A stretch of DNA of 32,000 nucleotides from the NCBI RefSeq assembly GCF_003966335.1, contig NZ_CP034549.1, positions 1,590,001 through 1,622,000 of the forward strand, read 5' to 3'. Below are positions 27,010 to 32,000 of the stretch, one piece after another. A program made the translations under genes and the position numbers. This DNA comes from Nonlabens ponticola. Its GTDB lineage: Bacteria; Bacteroidota; Bacteroidia; Flavobacteriales; Flavobacteriaceae. Within the stretch, counting starts at the first letter, position 1; each line of letters begins with the position of its first letter. Below the pieces are notes generated by a model. The model saw nothing but the letters and a program-made list of their open reading frames with translations. It did no database searches and was not told the origin of the DNA.

Positions 27010-28088
27010 AATTGAAACATTTTATAGGATTGATGTGTTTCTTTAATCACACGCTCTGTACGATCAGGATGCGTATCACTTATAAATAGTTGACCAAATT
27101 GATCATTATTCACCATCTCAATAATTTGAGAGACGCGATCCTCATCTAATTTATCAAAAATATCATCCAGCAACAGGATAGGAGTGGTTCCGGTTTCATT
27201 TTTTATCAACTCAAATTGCGCTAGTTTCAAGGCAGTAAGAAAACTCTTTTGCTGGCCTTGACTACCATATTTTTTTACCGCATGACCATCCAGATTGAAA
27301 ATTAGATCATCCTTGTGGACACCAGCACTGGTGTATTGTAATTGCAAGTCTTTCTGCTGCGCATTTTTAAAGACACTCGCAGGATCAACATCGGTAAAAT
27401 CAGATTTGTAGAAAATATCGACCTGTTCACTCGCACTGCGAGAAATCTTTTGATAGAATTCTTTAAAAATAGGGGTGAAGCGTTCTAGAAATGACGTGCG
27501 TTGCTCATGAATATAAGTTCCTAATGGGATCATTTGCTCATCGTACACTGCCAGCGCATCACTGTCAAACTTATGATTAGCTGCAAAATATTTGAGCAAG
27601 GCATTGCGCTGGTCTTTGAGCTTATTATAATTAATAACACTCGTCAAATATTGATGATTACCCAGCGATATTACCGCATCTAGGAACTTGCGACGCGTGT
27701 CGCTACCTTCTATAATCAAATCACGATCTGCAGGTGAGATGATCACTAGAGGTATAAGTCCTATATGATCACTTATTTTTTCATACAGTTTACCATTGCG
27801 TTTCACAACGCGTTTTGCACCGCGTTTTGCGCTTACGACTACTTGTTCCTGTTTGTTTTTTTTTTCAAACTGACCATTGATTACAAAAAAATCCTGATCA
27901 TGCCTGATATTTTGAAGTGTGATGGGATTGAAATAGCTTTTGGCAAAAGCCAGATGATAAACCGCGTCCAGCACATTTGTCTTGCCCACACCGTTATTAC
28001 CTACAAAACAGTTGATCCTAGGATCCAATTCAAAATCTGCGCTATCAAAGCTTTTGTAATTGACCAGACTTAGATTGTTAAGACGCAT
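27006..28088 (-). CDS. recF: DNA replication and repair protein RecF
   Basis: 360 aa with Walker A GNNGVGKTN, signature SQGQQKS and Walker B LLLDDIFDKLD. Confidence 0.96.
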   Translation of the reverse strand: MRLNNLSLVNYKSFDSADFELDPRINCFVGNNGVGKTNVLDAVYHLAFAKSYFNPITLQNIRHDQDFFVINGQFEKKNKQEQVVVSAKRGAKRVVKRNGKLYEKISDHIGLIPLVIISPADRDLIIEGSDTRRKFLDAVISLGNHQYLTSVINYNKLKDQRNALLKYFAANHKFDSDALAVYDEQMIPLGTYIHEQRTSFLERFTPIFKEFYQKISRSASEQVDIFYKSDFTDVDPASVFKNAQQKDLQLQYTSAGVHKDDLIFNLDGHAVKKYGSQGQQKSFLTALKLAQFELIKNETGTTPILLLDDIFDKLDEDRVSQIIEMVNNDQFGQLFISDTHPDRTERVIKETHQSYKMFQL

Positions 28089-28136
28089 AAATTGATGAAG
28101 GTAATTTAATGATAACTAGAGGTTTGAGAGAATTTT

Positions 28137-28178
28137 GCTTTCGCGAAAGCGTAATCCCAAAAAGCCTATCCACACAAT
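28137..28178. repeat. Copy 6: palindrome plus shared flank (intergenic, recF / TPR divergent gap)
   Basis: GCTTTCGCGAAAGC GTAATCCCAAAAAGC CTATCCACACAAT. Confidence 0.9.
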
Positions 28179-28245
28179 TGCAAATTTAGTCTTTGAACCA
28201 TAGAAGATTACATGGATGTGCGTTTTTTAATATGGATAAAAATTC

Positions 28246-28253
28246 TATTTTTG
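28246..28253 (+). promoter_or_regulatory. Bacteroidota-type -7 box TATTTTTG upstream of the TPR gene
   Basis: It matches TAnnTTTG and lies 20 nt upstream of the ATG at 28274. Confidence 0.4.
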
Positions 28254-28273
28254 CGCGTTCAATAAATATAGGA

Positions 28274-29050
28274 ATGGCGACATATAATAAAAGAGGTTAC
28301 AAGCCTAAAACCCAAAAGGAAAAGGAAGAAGTTGTAGAAACGGATTCAGCAACAGCTGAGGTTTTTAGCTCTCTTGATGAAGGTGCAAATAAGACGGAAG
28401 AATGGGTGAGCGAGAACCAAAACATTATTCTTATTGTTGTTGGAGTGCTTGTAGCTATAGCTCTAGGATCATGGGCTTATCAGGTATTTAGAGTCGAGCC
28501 ACGAGCAGAAGAAGCGCTCGTAGAATCTGCACAGGCAAATGAGTACTATTTGCAAGCAGTAAATGCTACTGGAGAGCAGCAAGATTCTTTATACAACATG
28601 GCCCTTGAGGATAGTAATGGTAAATACGGTCTTATCAAAATTGCCGAAAACTATTCAGGAACACCATCAGGAAACATTGCTAACTATCAAGCTGGTATGG
28701 CTTACCTAAACTTAGGTGGCGCTAATTACCAAAATGCGATCGATTATTTGACTGCTTATGATGGTGATGGCTCTATACTAGAAGCCTATGCCGCAGGTGG
28801 AATAGGTGACGCACTGGTACAAGTTGATCAAAAAGCTGATGCAGTTTCATACTATTTAAAAGCTGCAGATATTCAATCCAACGAATTCACAACGCCTAAA
28901 TATCTATTGAAGGCCGCACAGGCTGCTCTGGATACTGGCGATAACTCAACGGCTGTTTCTAGCCTAGAGCGTATTGAGGAAGAATATCCAGATGCACCAG
29001 AAGCAAGTACAGCTAAGGTGTTACTGGCACAGGCTCAAATCGCCGACTAA
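28274..29050 (+). CDS. Membrane-anchored tetratricopeptide-repeat protein (YfgM-like)
   Basis: MATYNKRGYKPKTQKEKEE..., with one TM helix (IILIVVGVLVAIALGSWAY) and then TPR-like helices. The track start at 28193 is a TTG upstream of the predicted -7 box. Confidence 0.8.
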   Translation: MATYNKRGYKPKTQKEKEEVVETDSATAEVFSSLDEGANKTEEWVSENQNIILIVVGVLVAIALGSWAYQVFRVEPRAEEALVESAQANEYYLQAVNATGEQQDSLYNMALEDSNGKYGLIKIAENYSGTPSGNIANYQAGMAYLNLGGANYQNAIDYLTAYDGDGSILEAYAAGGIGDALVQVDQKADAVSYYLKAADIQSNEFTTPKYLLKAAQAALDTGDNSTAVSSLERIEEEYPDAPEASTAKVLLAQAQIAD

Positions 29051-29053
29051 CAG

Positions 29054-29572
29054 ATGGCGACCGCAGGCAAGAACTTATCTGATTACAATAAGCAGTTATT
29101 GCCCGACGCAACAGACATGCGCATAGGCATTGTCGTGTCTGAGTGGAACGCTGATATCACCGAAAATCTTTTTAAAGGAGCACTTGAAGCATTGCTGGAT
29201 TGCGGTGTGCAAGCTGATAATATTCACAGACTTAATGTACCTGGATCTTTTGAATTGATCTATGGATCGCGCAAGTTGCAGGAAACTACCTTTAAGGTTT
29301 CTGGCCACAGGCAAAAAAGACATGTTGATGCCGTTATCGCCATCGGTAATGTGATTAGAGGCGAGACAGCTCATTTTGATTTTGTTTGTCAAGGCGTTAC
29401 TCAAGGAATCAAAGACTTAAATCTCAACCAGTTTAATATTCCTGTAATCTTTTGTGTACTGACCGACGATACGCACGATCAGTCAGTCGCTAGAAGTGGT
29501 GGTGAGCACGGCAATAAAGGGTCAGAAGCTGCTATCGCTGCCATCAAGATGGTAGGCGTTAAAAATCTCTAG
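29054..29572 (+). CDS. ribH: 6,7-dimethyl-8-ribityllumazine synthase
   Basis: 172 aa. RIGIVVSEWNADITENL, VPGSFELIY and GETAHFDFV match the lumazine synthase pattern. Confidence 0.93.
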   Translation: MATAGKNLSDYNKQLLPDATDMRIGIVVSEWNADITENLFKGALEALLDCGVQADNIHRLNVPGSFELIYGSRKLQETTFKVSGHRQKRHVDAVIAIGNVIRGETAHFDFVCQGVTQGIKDLNLNQFNIPVIFCVLTDDTHDQSVARSGGEHGNKGSEAAIAAIKMVGVKNL

Positions 29573-29579
29573 ATTTTAT

Positions 29580-29771
29580 TTATTTGTTTCTTCTGGCTGT
29601 AACACCACGGTATAGTTGGAATACTCCTAGCAGGATTAAGAATCCGGCAAGCACCGCTTGATAGGTCTCTGGTTTGTCTGCTGTATAATAGAACTCGTAT
29701 AGTTTCCAGCTGCCAATACCTATAAACACCAGTGATAATAACAATGTATAGGTGGATTTTGTCTTATCCAT
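29580..29771 (-). CDS. Small two-helix membrane protein (paralog B)
   Basis: 63 aa. It shares the pattern IG.GS...Y..Y......P.....AG.LIL.G.F..Y with the adjacent 65-aa ORF. Its ATG overlaps the upstream stop by 8 nt. Confidence 0.65.
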   Translation of the reverse strand: MDKTKSTYTLLLSLVFIGIGSWKLYEFYYTADKPETYQAVLAGFLILLGVFQLYRGVTARRNK

Positions 29772-29961
29772 TGTTTTGCTGTGATATGATGGTGTAAGCT
29801 ACAAACAGTCCATATAGAATTAATGCACCAGCGATTAACAATCGCCATGTTGGAATATCAGCACCATTCACGAAATAATCGTAGAACCTAAAACTTCCAA
29901 AACCAATCATAATGATAGCAATGATTGCGCCTATATAAGGATTGCGAGTGCGTTGAGCCAT
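29764..29961 (-). CDS. Small two-helix membrane protein (paralog A)
   Basis: 65 aa with two hydrophobic helices. It is a clear paralog of 29580..29771. Confidence 0.65.
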   Translation of the reverse strand: MAQRTRNPYIGAIIAIIMIGFGSFRFYDYFVNGADIPTWRLLIAGALILYGLFVAYTIISQQNNG

Positions 29962-29988
29962 AGAAAATTATTGAGGAAGCAAGATAAA

Positions 29989-30017
29989 GAAAATGCCCTC
30001 ACAAAGAGGGCATTTTA
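29989..30017 (-). terminator. Rho-independent terminator after the 30052..30771 gene
   Basis: An 8-bp stem ATGCCCTC / GAGGGCAT (29993-30000 / 30006-30013) has a 5-nt loop. It is followed by a T-rich tail on the minus strand. Confidence 0.75.
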
Positions 30018-30051
30018 ATGAAAGCACTAAACACTTTAGGGAATAGTAGGT

Positions 30052-30771
30052 TTAAGCATTAAAATATTTTGAATTCCAGATGCTGGTATTAAAATTCTTT
30101 CCAGCTGCAAATGCGTAATATAATATCATGCTTGCGATGGATTTAAACGTAAAAAAGAATATAAGTACAAATTGTACACCAGTTGTATCCTTAGAAAACA
30201 AACCGTTAGGAACTGCCCAAGCGGCTAACAAGCTTATAAGTATGGTAACGACAATGAGATTTTCTAATGATTTGAACGGCCATGCCCATGCTTTTCTAAA
30301 AGCATTGAGGTCATTGCCCCATTTATGGATAAGATAAAAGTAACCATTACCTATAGGTGCAAATAACAATGGATCATCTGCATTCTCTAGCTTGAACATT
30401 TTTGAAGGCGCCACGATTTTAAAACCCTTGAGTGTGATGTCGTGATCTTTCTCTAGCTGCTTCACTTTGTTGATAGCTTCTAGTGGTATTTCGTTTTTAA
30501 AATACTTGGTATCTAGAAATCGCAATCTATAGTTCACGCAAATCTCACGTATCTGATCTACATGATAGATGCGATCTGTCTCCATGAGATCTAGATCAAA
30601 GTTGTTGCGAGGTGTAGGCTTTTGAGGGCTTTTCATCCTTGCGATGATATCATCCTGTTTTCTACCTTCTTCTTGAAGTATGTTGGCTACCTGTTTCAGT
30701 AGATCACCTTCAGTCACAGATTTGTTGCGCGCTTTTTGTAGCTTTTCCTCAATATTGGTACGACCTAGCAT
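30052..30771 (-). CDS. Hypothetical protein with C-terminal transmembrane helices
   Basis: The track ORF starts at a TTG (30804), and the first ATG at 30771 gives MLGRTNIEEKLQ.... It has a soluble N-domain and two hydrophobic helices near the C-terminus. I recognise no motif. Confidence 0.7.
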   Translation of the reverse strand: MLGRTNIEEKLQKARNKSVTEGDLLKQVANILQEEGRKQDDIIARMKSPQKPTPRNNFDLDLMETDRIYHVDQIREICVNYRLRFLDTKYFKNEIPLEAINKVKQLEKDHDITLKGFKIVAPSKMFKLENADDPLLFAPIGNGYFYLIHKWGNDLNAFRKAWAWPFKSLENLIVVTILISLLAAWAVPNGLFSKDTTGVQFVLIFFFTFKSIASMILYYAFAAGKNFNTSIWNSKYFNA

Positions 30772-30883
30772 AGTGGTGGAATTAGGGTAATAATGTCCTT
30801 TCAAGATACGGATATTTCCTCACCTTAAAATGGTTGTCGTTACTCTCCTAATAACCTATCAGCAGGATCCTAAAAATCTTGAA

Positions 30884-32000
30884 TTATCGCAATACGGCAC
30901 CTGCCTGTTTCTCCAGTTGAGCTTGCAACTTGCCCATTGTCTTGTCGATTTGCTTATCAGTGAGTGTTTTTACTGGATCCTGTAGTGTAAAACTTAGTGC
31001 ATAGGACTTCTTACCATCGGGTAGATTATCACCTTTGTAAACGTCAAATAGACTCACCTCCTTAAGTAGTTTCTTTTCAGTTTGTCTAGCTATAGTTTCT
31101 AGTTCTTTAAAGCTCGTTTGCTCATCAACAAGTAGCGCAAGATCTCGTTGCACTTCTGGAAACTTGGGTATGCCATTAATTGCCTTGCTGCCTGAGTCAA
31201 GCGTTTTCACAACTTCATTCCAATAGATATCTGCATAGAATACAGTTACATCAATACCGAATTTTTTGAGAACACTCTTTCTTACCACACCTAGATCTAC
31301 CAATTTACCGCCACTATTGAGCGCCAAACCTTCACTTAAGAAATCTGATTTGGTTTTTTTCTCAGTAAGATTATTGATTCCCAATCTATTGAGCAATGCA
31401 ACGACAACACCTTTTAGGTAAAAGAAATCTGCAGCAGCATCAGTAGCTTTCCAGCTATTGGCTTGTACCTGACCGGTTGTAAGAATGGTCAAGTGTTTTT
31501 GTTCTGTAAAGCTGCGCTCTTGATATTGATGATAGCTGTTACCTAATTCAAACAACTTCAGGTTATTCTGTTTACGGTTCAAATTATAGGCAATGGCTTC
31601 TAGACCACCGTACAGCAAACTCTGACGCATGACTGATAAGTCCGTACTTAAAGGATTGAGTATGCGCACTTCGTTCTTTGGATCAATTTGATCGGTGAGT
31701 TCGTGATGTTTTTCTGCTGTAAGACTATTTGCCATCATTTCTCTAAAACCTAATCCTACCAGCTGATTAGCAGCTGCATTCTCTAGCTTATAATTATCGA
31801 GTCTAGAGCTAGGTGCGATGGTGGCATTAAGTTTCACAGGAATATCGATGCGATCATAACCATAAACTCGCAGAATTTCCTCAATGACATCGACAGGTCG
31901 CTTTACATCATTGCGGTAAGCAGGTATTTGTAAACCCAGTCCACTTTCAGTAACGTTGCGTACCTCTATGTCTAGTGTTCTTAGAATACTTTTGATTTCT
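30884..32000 (-). CDS. pheT: Phenylalanine--tRNA ligase beta subunit, C-terminal part (5' end outside the window)
   Basis: The frame stays open upstream of the track start to position 32000 (…VIEEILRVYGYDRIDIPVKLNATI…, B5 domain). The C-terminal FDX-ACB motif SLFDVYKGDNLPDGKKSYALSFTLQD is present. Confidence 0.93.
   Translation of the reverse strand, partial: EIKSILRTLDIEVRNVTESGLGLQIPAYRNDVKRPVDVIEEILRVYGYDRIDIPVKLNATIAPSSRLDNYKLENAAANQLVGLGFREMMANSLTAEKHHELTDQIDPKNEVRILNPLSTDLSVMRQSLLYGGLEAIAYNLNRKQNNLKLFELGNSYHQYQERSFTEQKHLTILTTGQVQANSWKATDAAADFFYLKGVVVALLNRLGINNLTEKKTKSDFLSEGLALNSGGKLVDLGVVRKSVLKKFGIDVTVFYADIYWNEVVKTLDSGSKAINGIPKFPEVQRDLALLVDEQTSFKELETIARQTEKKLLKEVSLFDVYKGDNLPDGKKSYALSFTLQDPVKTLTDKQIDKTMGKLQAQLEKQAGAVLR

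Noticed and set aside
550-28150. Whether the repeated palindrome could be a CRISPR array or a tandem repeat.
   Set aside because: Copies are kilobases apart with no regular short spacers. Half are inside conserved genes, and no cas genes are present.
1-32000. Searched for a mobile element, prophage, genomic island, rRNA/tRNA or riboswitch.
   Set aside because: There are no integrase, transposase or phage-like ORFs. No intergenic stretch has cloverleaf-like GC-rich structure. No FMN or purine riboswitch-like leader precedes ribH or purB. Intergenic gaps are short and explained by promoters, terminators and the repeat family.

Overview
This window looks like a gene-dense, mostly housekeeping chromosomal segment of a Flavobacteriia-like (Bacteroidota) genome. 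Supporting this are TAnnTTTG-type -7 boxes, a divergent tsaD/tamB pair, recF followed by DUF721, and DUF4159 and DUF1223 genes. I can support about 32 protein genes. Those I recognise with confidence are uvrA, a LOG-family gene, ppa, mazG, purB, a sirtuin, rsmE, tsaD, tamB, recF, ribH and pheT (partial). There is also a large signal-peptide protein that runs off the 5' edge, and a 51-aa Pmp3/YqaE gene that the ORF track missed. I see no rRNA, tRNA, CRISPR array, transposase, integrase, or obvious defence or prophage island.

The strongest non-genic signal is a perfect 14-bp palindrome, GCTTTCGCGAAAGC, present six times. Three copies lie in divergent promoter gaps, where it extends to a shared ~45-bp element. 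The other three lie inside unrelated coding sequences.

Secondary curiosities:
- An orphan ChlI-like AAA+/VWA pair with a non-canonical P-loop and Walker B.
- A tightly packed methyltransferase, cysteine-less sirtuin and helical-protein cassette.
- A tamB N-terminus with no canonical start codon.
- A possible M1-peptidase-like pseudoenzyme.
- Tandem small membrane paralogs.

I do not see a clear-cut new multi-gene system, and the items above are candidates only. All coordinates were hand-indexed. Product calls rest on motif recognition, not database searches.
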